64,000 nt of DNA from Candidatus Krumholzibacteriia bacterium (GCA_024762975.1 JANTGJ010000004.1:2002-66001), one strand, 5' to 3'; shown: positions 1 to 9,702, numbered from the stretch's first letter. Numbers and translations are program-made. Notes: a model not told the origin generated them from the sequence alone.

Positions 1-7
1 TGCTGGC

Positions 8-976
8 TTGACCCTTTCGTTGATGATCTCGATCGTGTTCCTGCTGACCGCCTGTGGCGGTGGCGATGATGAGGTTACAACACCTCCGGCCGGCACCTCA
101 GCCGAGCTTACCGTCCAGGTTCAGGCCGACTTCGGCGCAGGCAAAGTGGGGGATGAATTGAAAACCCTGCTGACCGGCGGCTGCCCCGTCCCCGCTCCGG
201 CTACCGACCAGCCCGACTTCCCGGCCGGCGAGGATTGCGATGAGGACGGTGGTGTCATCACCTTCAATACCCCCTCGGGATTCAAGGTGGCCATTCGCGA
301 ACTGCAGGCGATCCGCGAAGACGGCTCCCGCCTGGACTTGATTCCCGACACCGGAACCCTTTCCGCCAGCGAGGTCGCGGACCTGGCTCAGACCGTAACC
401 CTGTTTACCGCGAACACACCCGCTGCTCGATATACGGCCATCGAGGCGGTGTTCTACTACTACGAATTGACGATGACCATGAACGACCCGGCGACGGTGG
501 AGAACGTTCGCATCTACCTGAGCGATGATGACTTTGCCGCTGAGGGGCAGGGTGGGCACCACCAAGGGGACATCACCCTGGTCGGCAATGACGGGGTGGA
601 AGCCGGCTGGGCGGCCGGTTGCGCCACCTGGGATGCCGCGGGAGCTCTGGCCAGTCGCGACGGACTCGTCGGCGCCGGCGGCATGGACCCCGAGACCGGC
701 CATGCGCGTGGCCTCTATGGGGATACCAACCTGTGGAACCAGTCGGCCTACATGCAGGGTGCGGACCAGGACCTCTTTGTCCTGCGGCAGAACCTGGACC
801 TGAACATCACCGATCAGGCGAGGACCGTAACCATCACTTTCGACCTGTTGAATACCTGGTTCTTCGAGGATTTCGACGCCAATGGTCTCTTCAATCCCGG
901 TGAGGGTGCCGAGGCCTGCAGCGCCAATTCGGAGTGGTCGCCGCTGCTGCCCGAAATCGAGATCACGGTGGACTGA
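8..976 (+). CDS. secreted lipoprotein, function unknown (5' end may lie upstream of window)
   Basis: Reading frame is open to the window edge. Hydrophobic N-terminus ends in lipobox LLTAC followed by GGGDDE. No catalytic motif recognised. Confidence 0.55.
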   Translation: MTLSLMISIVFLLTACGGGDDEVTTPPAGTSAELTVQVQADFGAGKVGDELKTLLTGGCPVPAPATDQPDFPAGEDCDEDGGVITFNTPSGFKVAIRELQAIREDGSRLDLIPDTGTLSASEVADLAQTVTLFTANTPAARYTAIEAVFYYYELTMTMNDPATVENVRIYLSDDDFAAEGQGGHHQGDITLVGNDGVEAGWAAGCATWDAAGALASRDGLVGAGGMDPETGHARGLYGDTNLWNQSAYMQGADQDLFVLRQNLDLNITDQARTVTITFDLLNTWFFEDFDANGLFNPGEGAEACSANSEWSPLLPEIEITVD

Positions 977-1095
977 TTCGCGTCTGCTGATCGGGGCGAT
1001 CCCTCTCCGGGTGTCGCCGGATTTTCGACGGTCGTCAGCATTGCTGGCGGCCGTTTGCTTCGCGTGAAATCGTTGTTCATGTGTGTTAAGTTAAC

Positions 1096-1124
1096 TTGAC
1101 AACAAGAACAGTTAATTTTACATT
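1096..1124 (+). promoter_or_regulatory. sigma70-like promoter (TTGACA-N17-TACATT) upstream of the XRE gene
   Basis: TTGACA at 1096-1101, a 17-nt spacer, TACATT at 1119-1124, inside a short AT-rich patch. The ATG at 1132 lies about 7 nt after the -10 box, so the transcript may be leaderless. Confidence 0.35.
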
Positions 1125-1131
1125 CGCCGGT

Positions 1132-1362
1132 ATGAAGCCCAAACATGACATTCGCAACCACGTGAAACGCCATCGCCTACTCTGCGACGGGATGACGCAG
1201 CAGGAGTTGGCCGATCGCGTGGGCGTTACCCGCCAGACGATTCTTTCCATCGAGAAGGGGCGCTACAGTCCCACCATCGGGCTCGCATTGCGGTTGGCAC
1301 GTGAACTGGGTCCAAGGGTCGAAGAACTCTTCGAGCTGGAGGAAGGGGACCGAGATGAGTAA
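1132..1362 (+). CDS. XRE-family helix-turn-helix transcriptional regulator (small, about 76 aa)
   Basis: MTQQELADRVGVTRQTILSIEKGRYSPTIGLALRLAREL is a classic Cro/C1 HTH. The ATG at 1132 is preferred over the TTG at 1096, which coincides with the -35 box. The stop overlaps the next ATG (1355) by 8 nt. Confidence 0.85.
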   Translation: MKPKHDIRNHVKRHRLLCDGMTQQELADRVGVTRQTILSIEKGRYSPTIGLALRLARELGPRVEELFELEEGDRDE

Positions 1363-2105
1363 CGGGGGGATCTGGAACCGGTGCCGGCCGTCGGCTGCCA
1401 CACTCATTGCTTCGATACTGTTTATCGCCGGCCTCCTGCTGACGGCGATTGACTGGGCCTATCTGGCGATCAGCGCATTGGCGGCCTTCGTGCCGGGCAT
1501 CCTGCGCGAACTGGGGGTGCTGCGTGACAAGGATGAGTTCCAACTCGAAGCCGCTCGCCGAGCCGGCTATCACGCCTTCCTGGCAGGGGGGGCTCTTCAC
1601 CTTCCTGATGATCGCCTGGCACCGCTCGGTCCAGCCCGAAGTGAAATACGCCGACGCCTACCTGGATGGGACCCTGGTCGTGATGTGGTTCACCTGGCTG
1701 CTCAGTTCGCTCTTTGCGTTCTGGGGCCGGGTGCGCACCGCCGTGACGATCCTGATCATCTTTGGTGGGGTGTGGCTACTGTTCAATCTGCTCGGCAACG
1801 CGGCTCGGGGCGGCTTTCTGGCCACGTTGATGCAGAGCCTGCTGGCGATGCCGTTCTTCCTCGCCGCGCTGCTGGCGCGCTACTGGCCCCGGGTTGCCGG
1901 GGTATTGCTGCTGGTCGCCGCGGTCTACTTCTTCGGCCTCTTCTGGCGAGCGGAGTCGCATTGCTGGGGGGAAAGAATCCCCCGCAGGAGCGGGAGGACG
2001 AGCCTCTGCATTCACTCTTGCGGTAGGAACTTCTCCGGCAACCGGGCCGCCAACTGCTCGGCCTCCTCCTCGCGCCCCTGCATCCGATACGCCTCGAGCA
2101 GGTAG
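1355..2105 (+). pseudogene. polytopic membrane protein, frame disrupted at a G7 homopolymer (1586-1592)
   Basis: From ATG 1355 the product is membrane-like up to ...RRAGYHAFLAGG, then turns into Arg/Pro junk. The membrane-like sequence LFTFLMIAWHRS...VVMWFTWLLSSLFAFW...LLLVAAVYFFGLFW continues in the +1 frame (track ORF 1449..2105). Removing one G from the G7 run joins the two parts. The 3' end is uncertain. Confidence 0.5.
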
Positions 2106-4528
2106 GCCTCGACCTGGTACCGCCGGTCCTGCGTCGCCTGGTCGCCGAGCCCATCGAGAATGCCCTGCAGCAACGACTCGGCCTCGGCGCCTCGTTTCAG
2201 GTCGAGCAGGGTGCCGGCCAGTCCCAGCTGTCCATCGACCAGCTTGGGATGCCCGGAATCGAGCTTCATCTGATAGACCGCAATGGCCTGCTCCCAGTAG
2301 TCCCTGGCTGCTTCCTGGTTTCCCCGCAGGGATTCGATGGTCGCCAGCCCTCCGAGATCGTCCCCGATCATCGGGTGGCCGGGACGGTAGCGCTGGTGCA
2401 TGTCGATGGCACCGCGGTACAGCGCTTCGGCCTCGGCCAGCACCGCCTCGGCATTCACATCCCGGGGATCCAACCAGGCGATCAGGAAACCCGCCAGGTT
2501 GCCCATGGTCTGGGCGACTTCCGGGTGGTCGCCATCGTAGATGCGGCGCAACATGGCCAGGGCTTCCCGGTACAGGGGCTCCGCCTTTTCGCGGTTGCCC
2601 GAGAAATCGTAGTGGATGGCCAGATTGTCCAGGGCATAGGCGACCATCAGGTGATCGCCTTCGTGGATCTGGCGTGTCAAGGCCAGGGATTCCTGATAGA
2701 GGGCTTCGGCCTCCTCGTGCCGGTCGAAGGAGTTGAGCACATTGGCCAGCCCGCGTACCTGCGCTTCCAGAGTCGCGGGGTCCACTCCGGGAAGGCGTCG
2801 CAGCATCTCCAGAGCCTCGCGGTACATCGGTTCGGCTGCTGCCGGATCGCCGCCGGCTGAGCGCGCCACCGCGACGGCTCGCAGCGCCCGCGATACGTTC
2901 ACGTGGTCACCGGAGTGGTGCTTGCGGTAGATATCCAGGGCCGCCTGGGCAGCTTGTTCCGAGGCGGCGTAGTTGGCCCGGAAGTACTCCACCGTGGCCA
3001 GTCCGAGGTAGGCTTCGGCGACCGCGGGACTGTCGGCTCCCTTTTCTTTTCGCAGGATCTCCAGGCTCTCGCTCTTGTGCTCAAGAGAGGCCCCGTACAG
3101 ACCGAGGCTCTCGTAGACCTCGCCCAGGGTGTTGTAGAGCCGGGCCCGGACCAGCGGTTGTCCGCGCAGGTCGGTGCGCAGGCGGTTCGCGCCCTGGTCC
3201 AGGATCTCCCGGGCGGTCATGTCCTGGCCTTCCCCGTTCTCGGGATTGGCCACCTCGAACAGGTCCACCATGAATTGCACGACCTCACCCAGCTCCCGGC
3301 TGGATTGCTGAGCCCGGTCGCGCTCGACGAGGGCCTCCTGTTCGGCCTGCCGTGCGCGCATCAGGCCCCCCGTCAGTCCGGCCACGCCGACCAGCAGGGC
3401 GAGCATCAGCACTGCGGCGGCCACCACCCCGGCGCGGTGACGTTTCACGAATTTTCGGGCGCGGTAGCCGACCGAGGGCGAAGCGGCCACGATCGGTTCG
3501 TCGTGCAGGTGGCGGCGCAGGTCATCGGCCAGTTCCCGGGGAGAATCGTAGCGGCGCAGCCGGTCCTTCTCCAGGGCACGCATCACGATCCAGTCGAGAT
3601 CGCCCTTCAGGCAACGCGCCAGTGCCCCGCCCAGGGTCTGGCGCTGCTTGGCGATCTCGCCGCGATCATTCCCCAGACTCGAAACGCGGGTACTGGGTCG
3701 GGGCGGATCCTCTTCCCGGATGCGGCGCTGGATCTCGTAGAGCCCCGCCTTGCGCAGTTCCTTCGAGTCGAAGGGCAGAGTGCCGGTCAGCAGCTGGTAA
3801 AGCACGACACCGAGGGAATAGACATCCGTCCGCGTATCCACGTCCTCGCCCGACATCTCGGCCTGCTCGGGCGACATGTATTCGGGAGTGCCGACGAGTT
3901 GTCCCAACTGGGTAAAGAGCGTCATCTCGGTCAGGTGCTGGTGGGTGGCCTTGGCCACCCCGAAGTCGATGATCTTGGGGCGGGGGCCGCCGCCCTCTTC
4001 GACGGTGACCAGGATGTTGGAGGGCTTGAGGTCCCGGTGGATGACACCCTTCTGGTGCGCGTGCTGGACTCCTTCGCAGACCTGGATCATCAACTCGAGC
4101 CGCTCGCGGGTCGCCAGGCGGTGGCGATCGCAGTAGGCGCTGATGGGGATGCCCTTGACCAGTTCCATGGCGAAATACGGCCGGCCGCGCGGAGTCTCGC
4201 CGGCGTCGAAGACCTGCGCCACGTTGGGATGATTCATGAGCGCGAGAGCCTGCCGCTCGGCCTCGAACCGAACCACCACCTCACGGGTGTCCATACCGCG
4301 CTTGATGATCTTGACCGCCACCCGCCTGCGCACCGGACGCAACTGTTCGGCGGACCAGACCTCGCCCATGCCGCCGACACCGATGCGCTGCAGCAGGCGG
4401 TACGGCCCGATCTCGGTAGCAGGATGGTATTCGGCCTGCGAGGGAGTCGTATCCGCCTCGGCGGCGTGGGAATCGATGGTTGGTTGCAGGTCCCCGGAAT
4501 CCGGGGGCAGCGTAGGGTCGTTGCTCAT
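2012..4528 (-). CDS. Hanks-type Ser/Thr protein kinase with transmembrane segment and C-terminal TPR repeats
   Basis: GVGGMGEVW...VAVKII, HRDLKPSNILV, DFGVAK and GTPEYMSPEQ motifs. One TM segment (VVAAAVLMLALLVGVAGL), followed by many TPR-like repeats. Confidence 0.9.
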   Translation of the reverse strand: MSNDPTLPPDSGDLQPTIDSHAAEADTTPSQAEYHPATEIGPYRLLQRIGVGGMGEVWSAEQLRPVRRRVAVKIIKRGMDTREVVVRFEAERQALALMNHPNVAQVFDAGETPRGRPYFAMELVKGIPISAYCDRHRLATRERLELMIQVCEGVQHAHQKGVIHRDLKPSNILVTVEEGGGPRPKIIDFGVAKATHQHLTEMTLFTQLGQLVGTPEYMSPEQAEMSGEDVDTRTDVYSLGVVLYQLLTGTLPFDSKELRKAGLYEIQRRIREEDPPRPSTRVSSLGNDRGEIAKQRQTLGGALARCLKGDLDWIVMRALEKDRLRRYDSPRELADDLRRHLHDEPIVAASPSVGYRARKFVKRHRAGVVAAAVLMLALLVGVAGLTGGLMRARQAEQEALVERDRAQQSSRELGEVVQFMVDLFEVANPENGEGQDMTAREILDQGANRLRTDLRGQPLVRARLYNTLGEVYESLGLYGASLEHKSESLEILRKEKGADSPAVAEAYLGLATVEYFRANYAASEQAAQAALDIYRKHHSGDHVNVSRALRAVAVARSAGGDPAAAEPMYREALEMLRRLPGVDPATLEAQVRGLANVLNSFDRHEEAEALYQESLALTRQIHEGDHLMVAYALDNLAIHYDFSGNREKAEPLYREALAMLRRIYDGDHPEVAQTMGNLAGFLIAWLDPRDVNAEAVLAEAEALYRGAIDMHQRYRPGHPMIGDDLGGLATIESLRGNQEAARDYWEQAIAVYQMKLDSGHPKLVDGQLGLAGTLLDLKRGAEAESLLQGILDGLGDQATQDRRYQVEAYLLEAYRMQGREEEAEQLAARLPEKFLPQE

Positions 4529-4743
4529 GGCAAGCGCCTCCGGAAGGGGGGGAATGGCCGGGTCACAGGGCCGGGCAGCGGGCTGAGTAGAATCTACCAG
4601 AATTCAGGCACGGCCACCACTGGGTCTCCCAGGGTCAATCCACGACGAGGCCACCAGTCGTCATTGGCATCACCGGCGATCTGGACTAGTCTTCACTTCG
4701 CAAACCCGAATCTTTGACCCCGACCCGCTAGGGAGGTCTCCGA

Positions 4744-6129
4744 GTGGCCACCACCGGCAATTTCGCCCCGTTCGCCGAGCGCATGCGCGCCGAGAACCTG
4801 CCCGACATCGTCATCCGCACCTTCGAACACTATTTTGATCTGCTGGCGGAAGGCAGCATGGGCCTGATCCCCGAGAAATTCATCCAGCCGGTATTCGACG
4901 TGCCTGCCAGTGCGGATTTCGGGCCCGAGTTGCAAGCCGCCGGGCGCAAGGCGCTGCCGCAGGCCGTGGTCATCAAGCTCAATGGCGGCCTCGGCACGGG
5001 CATGGGGCTGGCCCGGGCCAAGTCGCTGCTGCCGGTCAAGGAGGGCAGGACCTTCCTGGATATCATCGCGCAGCAGGCGGCGGGCAGTGGTGTACCGCTC
5101 GTGCTGATGAACAGCTTCTCCACGCGGGCCGATTCGCTGGCAGCGCTGGAGGGGAAGCTGGAGCAGGGTGAGATTCCGCGGGACTTCGTGCAGCACAAGG
5201 TGCCGAAGATCCTGCAGGACAGCCTGCAGCCGGCGACCTGGCCGGCCGATCCCGCGCTGGAATGGTGCCCGCCCGGTCACGGCGATATCTACACCGCGCT
5301 GGTTACCAGCGGTATGTTGGACCATCTGCTCGGCGCCGGATACCGGTATGCGTTTGTCTCGAACTCGGACAATCTGGGCGCGGTGATGGACGAGGGCCTG
5401 CTGGGCTACTTCGTGCAGAACCAACTGCCCTTCATGATGGAGGTTGCTCCGCGCACGGAGGCCGACAAGAAGGGCGGCCATCTGGCCCAACTCCTGAATG
5501 GCCAATTGCTGCTGCGCGAACTGGCGCAGTGCGCGCCCGAGGACGAGGCCAGTTTCCAGAATATCCGTCGCCATGGCTTCTTCAACACGAACAATCTGTG
5601 GGTGAATCTGCAGGCGCTGCAGGCGCTGTTGGCAGAGAAAGACGGGGTCCTGGGCCTGGCCATGATCTGCAACGAGAAGACGGTCGATCCTCGTGATCGT
5701 ACTTCGCCGCCGGTCTACCAGCTGGAAACGGCGATGGGCTCGGCGATCGAGATTTTCCCCGGTTCGGGCGCGGTGCTCATTCCGCCATCGCGCTTTGCGC
5801 CCATCAAGAAGACCAACGATCTGCTGGATGTGCGTTCGGACAACTACGTGTTGACCGAGGATCATCGTGTCATCGCCAATCCGGCCCGTACATTGAAGCG
5901 GGCTTTCATTGATCTGGACCCGGAATTCTTCCAGTTCGTGGACGACTTCGATGCCCGATTCCCCCACGGCGCACCGTCGCTGCTGGAGTGCAGCCGCCTG
6001 GTGGTGCGCGGAGATGTTCGCTTCGGTCCGGATGTGGTTTGCCGGGGCGATGTCGAGATCGTCAACGTCTCCGGCGCGCAGGTCGTGATCGAGGGCGGAC
6101 GGTTGTTGGAGGGCAGGATCGAGTTCTGA
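4744..6129 (+). CDS. UTP--glucose-1-phosphate uridylyltransferase, UDPGP (eukaryotic-type) family
   Basis: VIKLNGGLGTGMGLARAKSLLPV...TFLDII and downstream blocks typical of the UDPGP family. GTG start preceded by GGGAGG. Confidence 0.8.
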   Translation: MATTGNFAPFAERMRAENLPDIVIRTFEHYFDLLAEGSMGLIPEKFIQPVFDVPASADFGPELQAAGRKALPQAVVIKLNGGLGTGMGLARAKSLLPVKEGRTFLDIIAQQAAGSGVPLVLMNSFSTRADSLAALEGKLEQGEIPRDFVQHKVPKILQDSLQPATWPADPALEWCPPGHGDIYTALVTSGMLDHLLGAGYRYAFVSNSDNLGAVMDEGLLGYFVQNQLPFMMEVAPRTEADKKGGHLAQLLNGQLLLRELAQCAPEDEASFQNIRRHGFFNTNNLWVNLQALQALLAEKDGVLGLAMICNEKTVDPRDRTSPPVYQLETAMGSAIEIFPGSGAVLIPPSRFAPIKKTNDLLDVRSDNYVLTEDHRVIANPARTLKRAFIDLDPEFFQFVDDFDARFPHGAPSLLECSRLVVRGDVRFGPDVVCRGDVEIVNVSGAQVVIEGGRLLEGRIEF

Positions 6130-6156
6130 TCCGAATACCGCACAGGGGGTTGGCCG

Positions 6157-8571
6157 TTGCTTCGCCGCATCGTACGCATTGCAGGAATCGTTCTGGCCTG
6201 GCTGGCGGGCCTGGTCGGTATGGTCGCTTTGGCCGGATTCATCACGCTCCGTTCCAGCCTGCCGCGGCTGGAGGGAGAGATCACGGTGCCCGGTTTGGCC
6301 GCGCCGGTGTCCGTGACGCGCGACTCGCTCGGGGTGCCGGATTTGACCGCCTCCAGCCGGCTCGACGCCGCCCGGGCGCTGGGCTACCTGCACGGGCAGG
6401 ATCGGTTTTTCCAGATGGACTTGCAGCGTCGGAGCGCCGCCGGCGAATTGGCGGGGCTGCTGGGATCGGCTCTGATCGACGCGGACCGGGACTCGCGTCG
6501 CCACCGTTTCCGCGTCCAGGCGCGGAAAGTGATCGACAGTCTCGATCGTCCCACCCGTCGCCTGCTGGAGGCCTACGCCGACGGCGTCAACTTCGGGCTC
6601 AGCGACTTGAAGGCACCTCCGTTCGAATACCTTCTGTTGCGTGAGAAGCCGCAGCCCTGGCTGGCTGAGGACTCGGTGTTGACGCTCGATTCCATGTTCC
6701 TGACGCTCAGCCTCTCCGCGGCGAGCACCGAGTCTGCATGGGGTGTGGTGCGGGACGTCCTGCCGGCTCCGCTGGTCGAGTTGCTACTGCCGCGCTCGAA
6801 TCGCTGGGAAGCTCCGCTGCAGACCGACCCCTCACCGCCGCCGATCGCGATTCCCGACTCGAGCGATTTCAACGTGCGTAACTGGACCTACGGCGGCAAG
6901 AGCTACGACGATTTCCGTGCCGAACATCTGCGTGAAAGCGATATCGGGCCACGCCGCGTTGCCGGCAGCAACGGCTGGGTGATCGCCGGGCGCCTGACCG
7001 GTCACGGCGGGGCTCTCCTGGCCAGCGACATGCATCTGGGGCATCAATTGCCGAATATCTGGTACCGCGCTCGGATGACTTGGCCCGAGGCCGGAGGTTC
7101 ACGCTCGGTCGTGGGCGTCACTCTGCCGGGCACTCCGGCGCTGATTGCCGGCAGCAATGGCGAGGTGGCCTGGGGCTTTACCACCAGTGGCGGCGACTGG
7201 GGGGATCTGGTCGTCGTCGAGGTCGATTCGCTCGATTCCCATCGCTACCGTACACCCGACGGATGGCGCACTTTCGAGGACATAGCGGAGATCATCGAGG
7301 TGGCACACTCGAAGCCGGATACACTGCACATCCGGCAAACGATCTGGGGGCCCCTGTGGGACGAAGACGTCGAAGGACGCCCGCTGGCTTTCCGCTTCGT
7401 GGCCCACGATGTCGAGGCGGTGAATTTCGAATTGATGAACCTCGAGTCGGCCGCGAATGTCGACGAGGTCGCTGCCTTGGCCGGATCCTTCGGCGTGCCG
7501 GGGCTGGATCTGTTCTACGCAGACCGGGAAGGCCGGGTCGCCTGGTCCCTGGTGGGCCGGCTTCCCCGACGGGTCGGATTCGACGGCCGGATGCCCGTCT
7601 CCTGGGCCGACGGGTCCTGCTACTGGGATGGCTACCTGTCGCCTGCCGAACAGCCGCGCTGGGTGGATCCGCCCGAGGGAAGAGTGTGGATGGCGAACAA
7701 CCGGGTTGCGGCCGGCAAGGATCTGGCGCTGATCGGCGATAGCGGCTATGCGCTCGGCGCTCGGGCTCGTCAGGTTCGGGACGCACTGCGGGCGATGGAG
7801 CATCCGACGGAGGCCGAAATGCTCGCCCTGCAACTGGACGACCGGGCATTGTTCTATGGTGAGTGGCGAACGCTGGCTCTCGAAGCCCTGGAGCGTCCCG
7901 GGGCGGCGACCGACTCATTGCGAGCGGAGTACCTTCGCATCGTGCGCGACGAGTGGCCCGGGCGAGCGGTTCCTGACGCTGCAGCCTACCGGCTGGTCAG
8001 GGAATTCGCATTCCAATGCGTACAGGGCGTCTACGATTTTCTGACCAAGCCCTGCGAGGCTCGTGCTCCGCAGTTCGACAGCAAGTGGCTTTCGTATCGT
8101 TTCGCGGTAGCCTGGGAATTGATTCACGCCCGGCCGCCCCATCTGTTGGCGCCGTGGTACGAGAATTGGGATGACTTCCCACTCCAGGCGATGGACCGCG
8201 TGCTGAAAAATGCGGCCTGGAATGGGCGGCGCCTGGAAGACTTCACTCGTGCCGAAAGGGTCACCGTGCGGGTCGAGCATCCGCTGGTTCAGGCGGTACC
8301 CCAACTGGAGCACTGGCTGGCGGCGCCTCGTCAGCACTTGCCGGGCGACAGTCTGCTGCCGCGCGTTCAGCACGCGAGGTGGGGCGCAAGCGAGCGGATG
8401 GTCGTTTCTCCAGGTCGCGAGGAACAGGGAGTGTTCCACATGCCCGGCGGGCAGAGTGGACATCCTCTTTCTCGGTTCTTTCTCGCCGGCCACGATGCCT
8501 GGGCGGAAGGAAAGCCCCTGCCGTTGCTTCCGGGCGCGGTTCGGTACAATTTGTTACTTCTTCCAAAATAA
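6157..8571 (+). CDS. penicillin acylase family Ntn-hydrolase (possible acyl-homoserine-lactone or beta-lactam acylase)
   Basis: About 800 aa with an N-terminal TM/signal segment. GSNGWVIAG matches the autoproteolytic Ser-Asn nucleophile site of penicillin amidase family proteins. Confidence 0.85.
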   Translation: MLRRIVRIAGIVLAWLAGLVGMVALAGFITLRSSLPRLEGEITVPGLAAPVSVTRDSLGVPDLTASSRLDAARALGYLHGQDRFFQMDLQRRSAAGELAGLLGSALIDADRDSRRHRFRVQARKVIDSLDRPTRRLLEAYADGVNFGLSDLKAPPFEYLLLREKPQPWLAEDSVLTLDSMFLTLSLSAASTESAWGVVRDVLPAPLVELLLPRSNRWEAPLQTDPSPPPIAIPDSSDFNVRNWTYGGKSYDDFRAEHLRESDIGPRRVAGSNGWVIAGRLTGHGGALLASDMHLGHQLPNIWYRARMTWPEAGGSRSVVGVTLPGTPALIAGSNGEVAWGFTTSGGDWGDLVVVEVDSLDSHRYRTPDGWRTFEDIAEIIEVAHSKPDTLHIRQTIWGPLWDEDVEGRPLAFRFVAHDVEAVNFELMNLESAANVDEVAALAGSFGVPGLDLFYADREGRVAWSLVGRLPRRVGFDGRMPVSWADGSCYWDGYLSPAEQPRWVDPPEGRVWMANNRVAAGKDLALIGDSGYALGARARQVRDALRAMEHPTEAEMLALQLDDRALFYGEWRTLALEALERPGAATDSLRAEYLRIVRDEWPGRAVPDAAAYRLVREFAFQCVQGVYDFLTKPCEARAPQFDSKWLSYRFAVAWELIHARPPHLLAPWYENWDDFPLQAMDRVLKNAAWNGRRLEDFTRAERVTVRVEHPLVQAVPQLEHWLAAPRQHLPGDSLLPRVQHARWGASERMVVSPGREEQGVFHMPGGQSGHPLSRFFLAGHDAWAEGKPLPLLPGAVRYNLLLLPK

Positions 8572-8596
8572 CGAGTTAGCTCGATCTGTAAGAAAA

Positions 8597-8619
8597 GGGG
8601 CCCTCTCGGCCCCTTTTTT
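8597..8619 (+). terminator. rho-independent terminator after the acylase gene
   Basis: GGGGCC (8597-8602) pairs with GGCCCC (8608-8613) around loop CTCTC, followed by TTTTTT (8614-8619). Confidence 0.7.
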
Positions 8620-8745
8620 CTGTGTTTCCCATGTGACTTTCCGGTTTTGGCACTGTCTGTAGCGGCGAGCAGGGGGAAAAGAGTCCAGTCCCATCCTGCA
8701 TCCAACAAGTCAATCATTGAGAACCATGGGAGTGGAGGAATCCAA

Positions 8746-9162
8746 ATGAAGTCACAGATCCTGCGCTACGGCCTGCTGATCGCTCTCGCCCTGGCCGCGT
8801 TCGGTACGCTGGCCGGTTGCGACCAGGCCGAGAAGGCGATGGAGAAAGCCGACCTCGGCACGACGTCCGAGTTGACGTCGTTCGTGTCCAAGGCAGCCGA
8901 GACCCTCGGCGGCATCAAGGATGTCGAGTCGGCGAAGGCAGTATTGCCCCAGTTGAAGCAGATGGACATCGATCTGGAGAAGATCGTGGCCAAGGTCAGC
9001 GAGATGTCGCCCGAGCAGAAGTCCCAGCTGACCTCGGCGGTCGGTAAGGTGTTTCCGCAATTCGAAGGCGCCATCGCGAAGGTCACCTCGATGACCGGCG
9101 TCGGCTCCGTGGTCGGCCCGACCCTCGAGTCGATCCAGAACAAATTCAAAGGCATGATGTAG
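8746..9162 (+). CDS. small lipoprotein, function unknown
   Basis: MKSQILRYGLLIALALAAFGTLAGC has a signal peptide and lipobox. GGAGG lies upstream of the ATG at 8746. Confidence 0.6.
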   Translation: MKSQILRYGLLIALALAAFGTLAGCDQAEKAMEKADLGTTSELTSFVSKAAETLGGIKDVESAKAVLPQLKQMDIDLEKIVAKVSEMSPEQKSQLTSAVGKVFPQFEGAIAKVTSMTGVGSVVGPTLESIQNKFKGMM

Positions 9163-9205
9163 TCCGGAGATCATCTCCGACCCGATCCGTAGAAAGGAAA
9201 CTGCA

Positions 9206-9613
9206 ATGAGCTACCGTATTGACGAAATCGAGGGCATCGGCCCGAAGTACGCCGCCAAGTTGAACGAGACTGGCATCGAGACCACCGAGAAGCTGTTGGA
9301 GAAATGTTCCACCCCCGCCGGCCGCAAGGATGTTGCCGAGGCTACCGGCATGGGTGAGTCGACGATCCTGAAGTGGACAAACATGGCGGACCTGATGCGC
9401 ATCTCGGGCATCGGCCCCCAGTACTCCGAATTGCTCAAGGGCGCTGGCGTGGACACGGTCAAGGAGTTGCGCAATCGCAACGCCGCCAACCTGGCCGACA
9501 CCATGAAGACGGTCAACGATGAGAAGAACTTTGCGCGGGTTTCCCCGCCGGCCGGCACCGTGACCAAGTGGGTCGACGCTGCCAAAGAGATGGATCCGAA
9601 GATCACCTACTAG
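9206..9613 (+). CDS. DUF4332 domain protein (helix-hairpin-helix-like repeats)
   Basis: Two copies of the IEGIGPKYAAKL / ISGIGPQYSELL HhH-like motif, typical of DUF4332 proteins. Confidence 0.75.
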   Translation: MSYRIDEIEGIGPKYAAKLNETGIETTEKLLEKCSTPAGRKDVAEATGMGESTILKWTNMADLMRISGIGPQYSELLKGAGVDTVKELRNRNAANLADTMKTVNDEKNFARVSPPAGTVTKWVDAAKEMDPKITY

Positions 9614-9668
9614 ATCTTCGGACTCGAGAGTCCCGGACGCTGTAGTCCCCCTGTCGTGTCCGGGATGC

Positions 9669-9702
9669 GAGGCGCTTCGTTGCTGCGACGGAGCGCCTCT
9701 TT
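9669..9702 (+). terminator. terminator-like hairpin downstream of the DUF4332 gene
   Basis: GAGGCGCT (9669-9676) pairs with AGCGCCTC (9692-9699), followed by TTTGTGTG. Confidence 0.5.

Noticed and set aside
1894-2736. 280-aa Pro/Arg/Gly-rich plus-strand ORF overlapping the 3' end of the kinase gene.
   Set aside because: It is low-complexity and antisense to TPR-encoding sequence, with no start context.
2903-4717. 604-aa ORF on the plus strand, antisense to the Ser/Thr kinase.
   Set aside because: The composition is Arg/Gly/Pro/Ala-rich with no motifs. It mirrors a gene with unmistakable kinase motifs. This is the typical stop-codon-poor antisense frame of GC-rich DNA.
4693-6504. 603-aa minus-strand ORF spanning the UGPase gene and the start of the acylase gene.
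   Set aside because: No recognisable domain. It is antisense to two well-supported genes, so it is a GC-composition artefact.
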